From contig JAIVFI010000014.1 of NCBI GenBank assembly GCA_025558095.1, positions 186,001 through 250,000 of the forward strand: a stretch of 64,000 nucleotides of DNA, read 5' to 3'. Made by a program: the position numbers and the translations under genes. This stretch comes from Hyaloraphidium curvatum SAG 235-1 (lineage: Eukaryota; Fungi; Monoblepharomycota). Shown here one piece after another: positions 45,714-59,300 of this stretch. The notes under the pieces are model-generated. The model was not told where the DNA came from and did not search any database. It worked only from the letters and a program-made list of their open reading frames with translations. Positions within the stretch are counted from its first letter, which is position 1; each line of letters begins with the position of its first letter.

Positions 45714-47299
45714 ATGGAGCCCGCCGCGCCGGAACCGCGGGAGCCGCCCACGCTGGCGACGCTGCCGCCCGAAGTGCACCTTTATCTCCTCGCCTTCCTC
45801 TATGCCGACCCGAAATCGCTGCTCATCGCGGGCCGCACCTGCCGCGCGCTCGCCCGCGCCGTAGCGACGCCCGGCGTCGCCTCCGCCGTCGCCCGCCTGC
45901 TCTGGAACGTCAACGACCTCGAGGCCATGCCCTTCCTCTCGTCGCCCCGTAGCGCGTGGACCCCTTCGGGCTACCTCCGCCGCATCCTCCTCCCGCACGG
46001 CCGCCTGCTCGGGCTGTGGCACGGCGACGCGCCGGCCTACGACGGCAGGCTGCTGCACGTCGCGCTGGACCCGCGCTCGGGCTCGCTGGTGGGTTTCGAG
46101 CGCGACCCCGCCGTCCCGGAATCCGTGGGGCCGAGGGGCCAGCCGGGCGCCGTCCCGCTCGCGCGCGAGTTCAGCCTGGACCCCTCGGTCTCGGTGGACG
46201 CGCTGCTGGACTCGCCCGCATTCGCTTCGGACGTCGCCCACCGCGGCGCCACCCTCATCAGCGTGATCGCAGCCCCGTCCCTGCCCTCCCCGGGCGTCTC
46301 GTGCCACGGCCTGCCCCCGCGCTCGAGGCACGCGCGGTGGGTCGGCACCGTCGTTCCGGGGGCCACGCTGCACGCGATCAGGGTGGACTGGGGCGGGCGC
46401 GGGTGGATCGAGGGGCCGAGGGCGCGGATGTGGGATCCGACGAGGGCGTTCGAGAGGCTGCTGGGGATGCCGGGGAGGGAGGAGGGGGACGAGGAGCGGA
46501 CGAGGGGGTTTCCTGACCGTGGGTTGACAGGGGGGTGCCATTGACGTGCGCTGATGGCTTTGACCTTTTTGTCGGACCCACAGAGCCCTTCGGACCGCCC
46601 GACGAATCCGGCCTGCACCCCCCGCCCCGCGCCACCGCGATCCCCGCGCAGCTCCAATTCACCGCCGACAGCAACACCTTCCTCCCTCTCTCCCTCCCCT
46701 CCCCCAATTCCCCCACCCCCGCACCGCACGATACCTTCACCCTCTCCTGCCCCTCGCACTCCCCCCTCCCCGTCATCGTCTGCGAACCCGCCGGCGCCGG
46801 TGCCCCCCCGCGCGCAGCGTACCGCACCGTCTGGTCGCGCATCTCCCTGCCCGCGGCCGCGAAAGCCGGCCCCTTCCGCACCGGCCTTTGGCTGGGGACG
46901 TACGGCGCCCACGGGCTCGAGTACCTCCTGTGCCGTCCCGCGCGCGGCGCCGAGGGCGGCGTCGAGTTCGTCAAGGTCACGGGGGACGCCAACGTCCCCC
47001 GCGGCGCCGTGTCGATCTGGGCGTCGGAGGACGGCGCGCCGGGAAGGAGGGTGCACCACGCGGGGCGGGAATGGCGGATGGACGCGAGCGCAGAGTTCCG
47101 GGCGCGGTACCCGGCCCCCGGCACCAGAGGGTGGGAGCCCACGGTGCACAGGGGGTGGGCGACGGTGGCGCATTCCGGGTACGCCAACCCGTCGCGGATC
47201 GATGCGACGGTGGTGCTGCTGGACGAGGGGGGGACGGACGCGGCGGTGGTGTGGCACGAGCTCGAGAGCGTGGGGAGGCTGCGGCACGTCGGGTCGTGA
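45714..47299 (+). CDS. F-box protein with cyclin-D1-binding/DUF3506-like domain
   Basis: LATLPPEVHLYLLAFL...TCRAL; GLWLGTYGAHGLEYL...VKVTGDANVPRG; frame change (probable intron) at ~46520-46580. Confidence 0.8.
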
Positions 47300-47384
47300 C
47301 GTGCGCGGGGGTTGCTGATTTTGGTATCTTACATGCGTGGAAGGAGTGAAGAAGAGTATCTACATGCTCGGGTGCGCGTGCCCC

Positions 47385-48122
47385 TCAGTCCGCGGTGCGT
47401 GTCGAGTCTGTCTCCAGGAACGGCGGGGGCAGGATCGGCGGGTCCCCGTTCAGCGTGCTGTTCTGGCTGTGTATCGAACCCCCGCGGTCCCGCTTCCTCT
47501 CTGCCGCGGCGTCCAGCGACGCCGCGAGCGCCTCGAGCGAGGGCCGCTGCCCGCCGACCTGGCCGTCCATCCACCCGGGCCTCGCGCGCGGGATGCTGGC
47601 CCCTGCGTTCCGCGGGGGGGCCAGCAGGGGCAGCGACTTTGCCGCCCTGCCCGCCTCCAAATCCGAGCTCGGTGTGCGCGCGACGGGCGCCTCGGGCATC
47701 GACGTGTGCGCGGGCCCCGCCGCAGTCCGGCCGCCCTTCTTGGGCAGGTCCACGCGGAAGGCCGTCCGGCCGGGCAGCAGCGAGAGCGCGAGCACCGGCA
47801 CGCCGTCGTGCAGCGCGCGCCCGCGCTCGTGCCGCGCGGGCAGGCTGGCCGCGGCGTCGCCCCCCGCTGAAGCCGGCCCGGGCACCGCCACGGGCGCCGA
47901 CGGCGCGGGCACCGACGGCCGGCGGCACGCCGCCGAGATGGCGTCCAGCGCCGTCGGCCCCGCCCCGTTCTGCGACAGTCCGCAGTCCCAGCAGTATCCG
48001 TCCTCCGCGCCGGCGTGCGGGCACCGCGGCGGCCGCTCGCCCCGCCCCCGCAAAGGCCCCGGCGCGCCCCCGCCGTGCAAGTCCCGCTCCGGCCAGGTGG
48101 CCATCGTGTGCTCCGCTCCCAT
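47385..48122 (-). CDS. Hypothetical low-complexity protein
   Basis: ORF with GC3 bias and a small Cys cluster (CPH...CWDC); no family recognised. Confidence 0.35.
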   Translation of the reverse strand: MGAEHTMATWPERDLHGGGAPGPLRGRGERPPRCPHAGAEDGYCWDCGLSQNGAGPTALDAISAACRRPSVPAPSAPVAVPGPASAGGDAAASLPARHERGRALHDGVPVLALSLLPGRTAFRVDLPKKGGRTAAGPAHTSMPEAPVARTPSSDLEAGRAAKSLPLLAPPRNAGASIPRARPGWMDGQVGGQRPSLEALAASLDAAAERKRDRGGSIHSQNSTLNGDPPILPPPFLETDSTRTAD

Positions 48123-48755
48123 CCCGGCGAATCCTCGGCTGTGTCCGGGGTCTGACTGACGTTGTGAGGTTCTGGCGTCGGCGTCCCGACCGCAATCCCG
48201 GGGAGTGGGATCATCAAACCCAAACATTTAGCCTCCGCTCCGTGGCCGCTCCCTCCGTCGGTTCGCATCGAAAAACCGGCGGTTGGGGCGCCACACCCTG
48301 GCACGGATGGTACGACAACGGCCCGGTAGGCAAGCCGCGGCACGATGCGTCGCAGGACTTTGGGTCGGGCACTTCGATTCCCCGCGGTGGGAATCTCGTC
48401 CCCCGCGAGAGATGCGCATCCAAAGCCCCGCTTGCGTCTCCTACGTGTGCCTATGGCGTTGAGACGTACCATCAAGGTGCGCAGATTGCACTCCGGGGCC
48501 GCGTGCGCGCGGGCCGCCGCGTTTCCGACCGCTGGTGGGGGGCAGCGCCTTCTTCGCCGCCCATCCCGGCACGTCCCCCGCAAGGGATCGTGGCCAACAT
48601 CGACACTGATGCCAGCAGCGACTCGCATTGATGGAAGCTGCAACGCGACGGCCGTGTGGAGCGTATCTTTGCTCAGGGTCCAAACACCGCCAGGGCATCC
48701 GCGCACTGCGGGTCCAATAAACGCTTTCCGCGCTCGCGGGCCCCGTCCCGCCGCG

Positions 48756-50576
48756 ATGGCGACGCGGCCGCGGACGCTGGAGGAGTACATTGCGGGGGAG
48801 GATCCCGCACGAGTCTGTTGCCCACGATTCGCCTTCCCGGAAGGGGAAACTGACCCCTTGCGGCCCGATAGCGCCAGGGCGTCTTCCGCGCCATGTTCGC
48901 CCAGCTGGACAAGGACGGGTCCGGGACGATCCGGGTGGAGGAGCTGCGGCAGCGGCTGGACGAAATGTCGGCGGCGGCCAGGAAGTTGACCGGCAAGGGC
49001 GCGGACGAGTCGAGGCTGAAGCAGGTCGCGGAGGAGCTCATGGCCAAGGCCGACAGGGACGGCAGCGGCGAGATCACCTACCCCGAGTACGAGGCGTGGA
49101 TCCTGGACAGGGAGAGGAAGCTCTACGACATGTTCCTCTCGGTGGACCATGACCACTCGGGCCGGGTCTCTGTGGACGAGCTCGCCGCGGGCCTCGACAG
49201 GGCCGGGATCAGGGTGCCCGCCGGCGACATCGACCGCTTCCTCCGGCGGATCGACCGCGACGGGAGCGGCGACCTCGACTTTGCCGAGGTCCGGGACGCC
49301 TTCTTCTTCCTCCCCGGCTCGGTGGACCTCGCCTCGGCCTTCTCGTTCTACTACAACGTCTACGATCCCGCGGCAGCGAGCATCGACGGCATCGTCACGC
49401 TCACCCCGGCGCCATCGCAGGCCGGCGGCGCGCTGTCGTGGCTGCCGCCCGCGGCTCGGGTGTTCGTGTCGGGGGCGGCGTCGGGCTCGATTTCCCGGAC
49501 GATGACGGCGCCGGCCGACCGGTTGAGGACGTACTACATGACGTCGGTGACGAGCCCGCGGCCGGGGCTGGGCGGGCTGGCTGCCGACATCCGGGACGCT
49601 TCGGCGGCGATCGCGCGCGAAGGGGGCGCGAGGGCGTTCTGGCGGGGCAACTTCGTCAACGTGTGCAAGGTGATTCCGGAAACTTCGCTGTTCTTTGCCT
49701 TCAAGGAGGCGATGGAGGACCGCCTGAGGCAGCATCAGGGGCTCGGGGAGGGGCAGAACCTCTCCGGCCTCGCGAGGTTCATGATCGGCGGCCTCGCCGG
49801 CTCTTGCTCCATGTTCGTCATCTATCCCTCCGACACCATTCGCACGAGGATGATGTGCTTGGTGGCCGCGGATGCGGGGGCCTCTGGGGGCGGTAAGCCG
49901 GGGACCGGCCAGGCAAGGAGCTTCTCCACCCTCGCTCGCGGGTCACGGGGCTACGGGACCGCTGCTGCTGCCGCACCGCCCGCCAATGAATCTCTGGTGC
50001 TCCGCGTGTTTCGGGACCTTTGGAAGGACGGCGGGATCGCGGGCTTCTACAAGGGCGCCGTCCCTGCCTGCCTCTCCATCTTCCCGTACCAGGCATTGAA
50101 CATTACCGGGTACGAAGGAGCGAAGGACTTTTTCCTCGGACGCCGGGCGAAATCGGAGGGTGTGGACCCGATCAAGGTTCGCCTGAGGAACACGGAGCTG
50201 ATCGCGTGCGGGACATTCTCGTCGACGCTGGCGTCCATGTTCACGGTGGGTGATGGTACGACCACTTTTGCGTCCCCGGCTCTGATTCGCTCCCCGGATA
50301 GTATCCGGCGTATCTGATTCGTGTTCGGTGAGTTGGCCGTCGCCATGCTGTGCGGGCGATGTCCCTGACATCCCAACTCGCAGGCTGCAAGCTCAGGGCA
50401 CACCTTCCCACCCTCAACGATATTCCGGCGTCATGGACTGCATCCTCCGCACCTGGAAGAAGGAGGGGATCTGGGGGCTGTACCGCGGCAACGCGGTCGC
50501 ACTAATGAAGGGCATCCCCTCGACATCCCTCAACTTTCTAATCTACGAGGGCGTCAAGAAGTACCTCGGGAGCTAG
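48756..50576 (+). CDS. SAL1: Ca2+-binding mitochondrial carrier (ATP-Mg/Pi, SCaMC)
   Basis: Four EF-hands (DKDGSG, DRDGSG, DHDHSG, DRDGSG) plus carrier repeats (APADRLR, YPSDTIRTR, RLQAQGT...YSG). Confidence 0.9.
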
Positions 50577-50710
50577 GTGGTCAGCGCGGCACTGTTCGCT
50601 TTGGGGCGCGTTGCTTTCTTTGTGCGCGAACGGTCGACAAGACAGTAGGTTGCCGCAGAACTCGTACTTTCCACCTTGATACAGACATGCTGCGCTAGCA
50701 TCGACTCTCT

Positions 50711-51487
50711 TTACACGTGGAAGACGGATTTGCCCATATTGAGCACCGCGGAACGCCCAAAAGGTATGTACGACAAGCAATACCACGTGAACGCCAGGAA
50801 CTCAATGATCATGAATATAACCGATAGGATCACCGAGTTAAGCTGAGTTGCTTCCGTGTGAGCGAAATAGGCACGCGACTCGATGCGGCGCCCACCGTGA
50901 ACGCAACGACCAGGGTCGCGATGATGGACGTGATGAAGATGAGCGACGTGAGCCATCGGGTGGAGTCGAACACTGCGGAAATCAGCTTCCCGAGGGAGAG
51001 GGAGAGGAGGGGCCACCCACTCATTTTGAGCTGCTTCCATGGCCCCACGAGGAAGCCTGTCGCCGCCAGCGACAGCACGGTGCCGAAGGTGTAGAGTCTG
51101 GAGGTCGCAGAAGGGCCCAACGGGAAGTTGCGAGGTGAACAAGGGTCCTCCAGCGATTCCGAAAGAAATGGCCCCACATTGCGAACCCTCCGAGGTTCAG
51201 GAAAGCTAACGTAACTGTAGACTGTATGTCCCGCAGCGGTCAGACGGCCTCATGACGCGAGATTCGGGAATCCAACCAGGAGGGACACGACAAGGCCCAA
51301 GACAAGGCAAATTCCGAAGCCGTAGAGGCGGTGCGTTCTACTAAGCCCACAGAACGCGCCCTCGTCGAATACTGTGAAGCCAACGCGTCGTAAGGGTGGA
51401 GTTCGGCTGGATGTGCCATGGAGACGCCGCACCCGCCGAGTCTTCTCGCTCTGTTGCCGTTCCCCAAAAGGAGTCCCAATTGACCAT
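50711..51487 (-). CDS. Got1/SFT2-family vesicle transport protein, multi-exon
   Basis: LSRTHRLYGFGICL; LYTFGTVLSLAATGFLVGPWKQLK; WYCLSYIPFGR. Confidence 0.85.
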
Positions 51488-51696
51488 TTCTGTAGCTCGA
51501 CGTCCGAGGATTGGCAGGGGGTTGAGCTGGTGGGCTTGACGACGCGCGTCGTGATCGACGCGAGTTGCCCGGCGCGGAGTTTCACACCTTCGGCCCGCTG
51601 ACTGCCGCGGACACGTTCGCTTTAGTGTGCGCCATTCCAGCGTACGCGAACGCGCAGTGCGTGGAGATCTCCCGACTTCCGGACCAAGATTGAACG

Positions 51697-53109
51697 ATGC
51701 CGTCGCCAACGCCGTTTAAAGTGTCGTGTCCCCCGGAGCTTCTTGCCCGCCTCCGCTCCCGGCTGGACGATGTGGTGTACCCCAAGGCTACTCTCCCGGA
51801 TTCCGAGAGCTGGACCTACGGCATGCCTCCCCGCGTGCTTCGCAGGCTCGTGGAGTCGTGGAAGACCTACCTGAAGGACTGGTCCTCGTGGGAGCGCAAG
51901 CTGAACTCGGTCCCGCATTACAAGATGGACGTGAACGGCCTGAATGTGCACTTTATCCACTACCCGTCTCCCCGGGCCGACGCGATCCCGCTCCTGCTCA
52001 TCCACGGATGGCCGGGATCTTTCTTCGAGTTCCTCCAGATCATTAGGCCGCTCGCCGAGCCGGAAGACTCCAGCGCGCAAGCCTTTCATGTCGTCGTGCC
52101 TAGCCTGCCCGGCTACGGGTTCTCGGACAGTCCTACGAGGAAAGAGTACGCGATTGTTCAATCCGCGCGTGCATTTGATCAGCTCATGAAGGAACTAGGC
52201 TACCCGAAGTACAGTGGGTCCGCCTCAAGCGCCTCCATCTTCGCCTGCTGAAGCTGCTTCATTGCAGTCGCCCAGGGAGGTGATTGGGGCAGTTCGGTGT
52301 CGAAAGCTCTGGCCTTGGTCTGTTCCGACTCCTGTCGCGCCGTTCATGTAAGGAATACTCTGTTCTGCCCGCCCTCCTTCACTCATTTCGAGCCGCAGCT
52401 CAACATGGCACCTTTCTCGAGGCCGCCGAAGTCTGTCAAGATTGATCTGAACTCGGAGGAAGAAGCAAACTTGGAGCGCGGCCGGCGTTGGAGGCGGCAG
52501 GGCGTGGGCTACCAGGAGATTCAAGGGACCAAGCCTCAGACTCTCGGAGTTGCGATCTCTGACAGCCCCGTGGGCTTGTTGGCGTGGATCGGCGAGAAGT
52601 TGTACGTGCCCTGCGTTACTCTCGCGGCTTTCTCCCTCACCTTTTGTCCCTTGCTGCAGCCACGAATGGGTGGACCTTCGTGGAGGTGACGGCGACTTCT
52701 CGCCGACGGTGCCGGACGAGGCGCTCATTACCAATGTCATGATCTACCTCATCTCGTAAGTGTGGGGTACGCCGCTCTCTCGAAGAGAGTCTGATCGCGT
52801 GTGCATTGCAGCAACTGCGCGACTTCGTCGTTCATGCTGTACTACTGGTCCAGGGCCGGTCTGGACGCCAAGCTGCTCAATGAGTCCTTCGTCGAGATCC
52901 CGCTTGGCTTCTACGCCTTCCCTGGAGAGATCTTTGTTCCTCCCAAGGCGTGGGTTGCGTACTGGGCGAAGAGGCTCGTGCACTGGTCCGAGGCGCCTCG
53001 CGGCGGCCACTTTGCAGCTCTCGAGAACGGCAGCTTTTTGGTGTCAGACATCCGGCTCTTTGGGCGGAACCCCGAGGTCCGCAGCAGCCTTGGGCTAAGC
53101 AAATTTTGA
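51697..53109 (+). CDS. Epoxide hydrolase (EHN plus alpha/beta hydrolase), multi-exon
   Basis: LLLIHGWPGSF, VPSLPGYGFS, QGGDWG, QGTKPQT, DSPVGLLAWIGEK, RGGHFAALE. Confidence 0.95.
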
Positions 53110-53759
53110 TATCTGTAGCAATGGTTGAGCATACACGTCGAGCATCCCCTCTTCTCCCTCCCCTCTTCTCCTTCCCCTTCCCCCTCCTTCCTCTTTCCCA
53201 AGGATCGCGGCGTCCTTCTTGTACCCACCGGCGGCCGCTGCTTCGTCGATCGACATGAGCACGGTCTTGTCCGGCGCAACTCCGATGTCCCCGAGCACCC
53301 GGGACAGATCCTTGAGGACGCGCGCCTTCTCCGTCTCGGCATTGCGCCTTCCTCGGCGCGCGCTTGGCTTGCCGCCGTCGCCCTCCTTTTGGGCTTGCGA
53401 TTCTTCCCCATCGGTGTCGGCCGCGCGGGGAGGAGAAGAGTCTGTCCGGCAGGCTAGCGCTCGCGAATCCCGGACGCGATCGTCGGCCGCGTGGAAATGA
53501 AAAAGGATACGATGGAATGACGCGCCCGAAAGGCCACGCCGGGCAGTGCGTCGGGGAGCCGACGTGAAACGGAGCGCGGGACGATGGGACCGCGTCCATC
53601 CGCGTGAAGTCAAGATCGAACCGTACGGCGAATTCAACGCACGGCCGCCGCAACTACAAGTACGACGGCGTCAAGTTCTTCTCCGAGCCCTTCGCTTACG
53701 GCCCAATCGCGTCGCGGCACAGGTGCTCGTCGTGACGATGGACGCCAGATTTTTCCTCG

Positions 53760-54600
53760 CGCAGCGGCGGAGCCCTCCCTCCCTCGGTGGGTTCGACGGA
53801 CGAGAAGACGGCATTCCTCGCTGACTCTCTCCTCCCGTGTCCCTTTCATCTGCTTTGACGCCCGCTGCTGCCCACCCGAAGCCTGTCCCGCCGCTGGGTA
53901 TTCCCATGGCTCGGCCCGATTCGCTTCCTTTCCGTCAGCACGGCGCGCCTCCTTCGGGGGGACTGCCTGCGGAGCTTCGAGCGCCGCAGGTAGGACTGCC
54001 TGTGCGGCCTCGTCGCCGCCGGCGGGGACTTGGATTGCGGCACCTGCGCCGGTCTCCTCGTCTGGCTCCGTTGCGAATCGCATCGGATCGTCTCGTGCTA
54101 GCCGAGCGCATGGGCCCCGCGATGGGATGGGAAGGGATGGGAGGCTCCGCGGTTCTGGTGGTGGCGCCCTCTTACTCTTATTGCTGGACGAGATGCCGGA
54201 CGTCTGGACGTTTGTCGCTGCGCGGCGGAGCCCTCCCTTCCCTCGGTGGGTCCGACGACGGAGACGGCGCCATTCCCTGCTGACCCTCGCCGCCTGCATC
54301 GCTTTCGCCTGCCTTGACGTGCATGGCGGACCAACAAAGCACCTTGTCTGTCTTCGCCGACTGGCACGCTAGCCCATTCCCCGCGCGCGGAGCTCCTCCT
54401 TCGGGGGGACTGCCTACGGAGCTCCGTGCTTCGCTGGTAGGACCATCTGCCTGTGCGGCCTCGTCGCCGCCGGCGGGATATCGAGGTTTGCGGCGCCCGC
54501 GCTGCTTGCCTTGCGAAGCTCCGCGGCGCTCGGATCGGGTTGTGTCTTGCCGACCGAGCGCACGACCTCGGTGACGGGATGGAGGTGGGGTGGGGAGAGT
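53760..54600. repeat. Diverged direct duplication, period ~450 bp
   Basis: Shared blocks GCGGCGGAGCCCTCCCT..CCCTCGGTGGGT, CTCCTTCGGGGGGACTGCCT and CTGCCTGTGCGGCCTCGTCGCCGCCGGCGGG at ~53760-54120 and ~54220-54600. Confidence 0.8.
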
Positions 54601-56347
54601 CCGATCGAGATTCCTGCCCGCCGGGCTGTGGAATCTGTTGCCCTTCCGAGCAGCTTGCCCCGTTTGGTCCGCCGGGGACGAGGAGACGTGCCAACCTGAC
54701 CTTGGAGAACCCGGCCTGCTGCAGCGCGGTTTGTAGCGCGCCGGCGTCGACTACGTTGTCCGCTGTCCGAGAACCTTGGTGCCGGCGCCGGTACGTGGAG
54801 CAGCGTCGTGGTTGATTCGGGGACTCTTTGTTGACCTGGCCGCCGCAATCCTCAAACAGGCCAAAGTCAACTGCCCATCCCGTGCCCGGCGCGCGCCCAG
54901 GGAGCGCTGCGCTACTTTCCGCGGGACCTTTTATTGCTTTTGGGTCGCGATGCTGGCGTCGCGCGGGCAGGATTCGGCGGCTGCGCGGCGGAGGGCAAGC
55001 CTCGGCCGGACGCCGACGGCCGCGATCGTCTGCGGCGGCGCACCCTCCGCTCGCCGGCCGTCGGCCTGTACCGGCAGCAGAGTGACCCATGAACCGCAAG
55101 TGTGGGTGCCCGCGCCGCGATGCTCTCCCTGGTGTCGGCTGACTTCCATTTCCTGTTCGCTGGTTCCCCGGTTGCGATTCCCTCCGTGCGCAGTCCGCGG
55201 CCTGTTCCTGGAACTCTGCCGATGTACGAGCAGCGTGCGCTGCCCTGCCGTCGGGGACCTCGTCGTTTTGGACGGCCGGCAATGCGTTCCGCGTGGAGGG
55301 ACTTGTCCAGCGCGTTGCACCATCTCGTAACCGCAGTCGTCGGGCGTGGAAGCCTCAGACATCTGGACGACGTTTTCTGAACCTGGCGCCATGTGTTCTG
55401 GGATATGTATCGTGTGGAGTGGCGGTCGTTGCTGGGCTCGTGGGCTCGTACGGGCGACCCTGCCCCAACCTGCCTCGCCCTGGCCAGGGCCGAGGTTGGC
55501 GACATACACAGGATGCCGATCCCATGGCTTCTAAATGCTGGATGAACTGGGCTTAGGGATGGCGAGCTCATGGCTTTGGACATGTCGTTGGCACGCCCCA
55601 TCGCACCCGGACAGGTTCCTGCGTCATTGTTCACGGACGTTCCTTGGATCTCGTCTCCTGCAGCGAAGTGGCGCTAACCCGTAGCTCCTGTTGCTTGAGA
55701 AGCCATTACAACGTGCTCTATGTAGGATTTGCCGGGGGATGTGGGATTCTGGACGGCGCGGAGGCGGATCTTTATTCTTCTTGCTCCTCTAGCGCATGTT
55801 CTATAGCTTCTCCCTTTGGATTCTTGATTTTGGTGGATTCCCGGCCCAATGGTGCACGTGGAGGAGCTCGCGGCCGGGACGGGGTCGGACTTGGCGGGGT
55901 CCGGGTTCCGGACTGTGGCGGGCGGCCGGCCGGCTGTCAACAGAGGAACGCGGACTTTTTTCTCGCGTCGCCCCACACGCACCGTCGATCCTGCTACCGT
56001 TAGGCGTGAGTTTCTGGGCCTGCGCGTCGCGCTCTACCGCCGGAGGGCGTGGCGCCGCTCCGGAGCCGGGGGTTCGGCTGCCGGGACGGCCGGGCGCCTC
56101 TCGGGCCGCCCCTTGCCGGCGGCCGACGCCGGAGGCGGGCGCTCCCCTCGCCGCGGCAGTGCACTCTTTGGTGCATGATGCGTGGCTGCGGGGCGTCGGC
56201 GTGCCCGGCGTGGCCCCGGTTCCCGGCGGCGCTCGGGCCTCCAGGGCGCGGTGTGCCTGGTCCCGGCTAAACTCGGTATCCCGCCCCAGATCTCTACTGC
56301 CGACGCATTTGATGCTATTTTGAACGCCTTTACTCGCGATCTCGGTC

Positions 56348-59300
56348 ATGGGCGGGGTACAGTCGGTGCAGGAGCCGCCGCCCGCGCCGGCCCCCGCCGC
56401 GCAGACTCCGGCGGCCGGTGGAGGAGCACAGGGCGAGGCGGGCGCCGCGCAGCCGCCCCCGGTGCCCCTGGCCGCCATGCTGCGGGACTTTGATTCGCGC
56501 TACGTGGCATCGGAGGACCACACGGCGCTGCTGCTCGAACTCACCGAAACGTGGTCGGAGCTTGACACGGGGGCGGAGCTTGACACGGGCCGGCCCCGGC
56601 GCTTCTACCCCAACCGTCTGGCGAGGGGTTGGATACACCAGGGGAGGAAAGATGCGGAGAGGGAGATTTGCGTGAAGATGGCGCAGGCCGCAGCCAAGGG
56701 CGACCGCAGCCAGGTCGACTGGTATCCCGTCTACGCAGGCATCCGCACGCGGAGGGTTGGCCACCTGCTCGTCGCCTACCGGGAAGCGCAGCTCGTGGAT
56801 CAGAAGAAAGCGCTGCGCAGGCTCGCGGTTGAAAAGAAGATCGCGGAGCGCGACGCGGCCAAGGCGGCCAAGGAGGCCGAGCTGCGGGCCGCCGACGAGA
56901 CCAAGAAGGAGGCCGACGCCGCTGCAAAGGCCAAGGCCAAGGCCGAGGTCGAGGCCGCGGTTCAGGCTGCGCGTTGCGCTGTGCATGCGCCGCTCTCGAG
57001 GCCGTCGTGCGGGCCGAAGGCTGCCGTCGACTTTGCCGCCTCCGTGCGCCGGGAGGTGGAGGCCAACGCCGCGGCTGAGCGCCGCAAGAAGGATGCCGAC
57101 GCCGCCGCCGCCAAGCGCCGCGGAATTGGGGCCAAGTCCCCTGCCGAGATCCGGGCGCTTGATGAAGCGGCCGCCGCCGCTGCCGCCGAGCTCCTCGCTG
57201 CCGAGGCCGCAAGCACCCCCGCCGAGCAGATCCCGGGCCTCTGGCCCAAGCGCCGCCCGCGCTTCCGGCCGGCCGGACCCTGGCGCTCCGACCCGCGCGG
57301 ATCCCGCCGCGCAGAGGCGGACCCCGAGGACGACGACCCGTGCTTCGTGGTCAACGTCAAGCTGCCCGTGAGGGAGGCCCAAGGCCACGACGCCATCAAC
57401 GTGGTCAAGCTCCCCGCACGCGGGTCCAACGTCATCGCCGACCTGCAGGTGTGCTCGAGTGCGCTGGCCTTTGATTTGTGGCCATGATTTGATGCTGCCG
57501 TCCTTCCTTCCAGGTCGAAGTCGCAAAGCGGTCCCGGTGCGGCGTGGCCCACGTCTCCATCTCGTCGGACAGCGCCGGCGACCTGAAGCTCCTCCCGGCC
57601 GCGTCGCTCGCCCAGTGCGGCATCGGCCCCGGCTCCACCGTCTACGCGTGGCGCCCGCGCAAGATCGTGATCGACGTCGAAGTCTTCCCCATGGGCGACG
57701 ACCGGAACTCGTTCACCAAGGCCGTGCACGTGTGCATTTCCTCGGACGCGCCCATCGCCGATCTCAAGGTGGGGTGCCCCCGTCGCGTCAGACCGCCTCC
57801 GCGCTCACAGTCCTCCCCGCTCTGTTTCCTCTGCTTCCGCAGCGCCGCGTCACCGTCCGCACCGGCGCCAACCCCGCCGTCTTCTACCTCCGAAAGCGCG
57901 ACGGCAGCAAGCCGCTCAACGAGGGCGGCACGGTCGGCGACCAGCTCAAGCACGGCGACGTCGTCGTGGCCATGGTCCGGCTGCGGGGCGGGGCACCGAA
58001 GAGGAGGCGCGCCGAGGGCGACGGGGATGGGGATGAGGAGGAGGAGGAGGCGCGCAAGAAGTCCGCCGGCGAGGCCGCGCACGGCTCCGGATCTGGCGCC
58101 GCGGCGGGATCTGGCGCACCGACCGGCGGTGCTGCGACGGCTTCGGGATCGGCCTCGACTGCTGCTTCAGGATCGGCTTCTGCTTCAGGATCGGCTCCTG
58201 CTTCTGCTCCGGGATCGGCTTCGGGATCCGGCGGCGCGGGCGGCACCAGCGGCACCGGCGGCCAGCGTGCCGCGACCGGCATCCCCCAGTACGGCACCGC
58301 AGAGGCGCAGCCGGTGCGCTCGGGCGGCGGCAAGAAGAAGAAGAAGCACTCCAAGGGCGGCGGGGCCCTCACGGAGCAGGAGGTGGAGGTGCTCGGAGGC
58401 AAGAGCGGGTCGGGCAAGAAGGACACGAACAAAGCAATTCAACCGTGCCTGTCGCGTTTCCACTCTGGAGCACCCTACACGCTCCAACTGGAGAACCTTT
58501 TGGGCCGACGCGGCATCGCGTTCGACGACCTGTTCATCTGCGTGGACGCGCCGGTCGTGCTTCACGTTCTGTTCGCCGGCGACCGCGGGCACCTTGCCCG
58601 CGAGGCGCTCGCTCCGCTCTTCTTTGGGCTACCCGAAACCATGGCGATCCCTACCGACGAGCAGCAGGTCGAGCCTTGGGCTCGCGGGTGCCTGCGGAAG
58701 CTAGCGGAGCTCATGGTCGAGGAGCTCCACCGCCTCCTGCCGCGGACGGCCGGCTCCGTGGCGCGCAAGGACTCGGTGTGCATCGTCTTCGAGGCCAGCT
58801 CCGGGAAGAACATGCGGAAGCAAGCTCGGACGCCCGCCGACGGCAACAACCAGGCCCCGCCGCCCCTGCTTCCCGTTGTCGCGCCCTGGGTGGAGGACGC
58901 CGAGGGCTGGGAGATCGTCGCGGCCTGCTCAGACGTCGACGGCGGGGATGTCGGGACCGATGGGGGCGCGCAGGGCATCTACTCGCTCCACAAGCAGCCC
59001 TTCGAGGCCGACCGCCGCGGCGCCACGTCTTCCTCTGGCAGCAACAAGGCGATACGCCTGTTCCTCAACGTCGGAGGCACACCCGGCCCGGACGGCCTGC
59101 TTCGGGCCTTTAACCTCGGCGGCGGTGAGCTCGTTTGCCCGCGGCGGCGGCGCCTGGACTGACGCACCTCCCCACCTGCCAGGGCTCGCGGTCAAGAAGG
59201 CGGGCCACGTCGCCAAGACCCTGCGCCTCGGCGTCGCGCACCTCTCCCTCCTCGCGCAGCAGGTCGGCTCCCTGCTGCCGGACGGTGCTCTTCTCGGCGG

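Noticed and set aside
53095-53637. Minus-strand 180-aa ORF
   Set aside because: Only partly coding-like, overlaps the epoxide hydrolase stop, and has no convincing start or motif.
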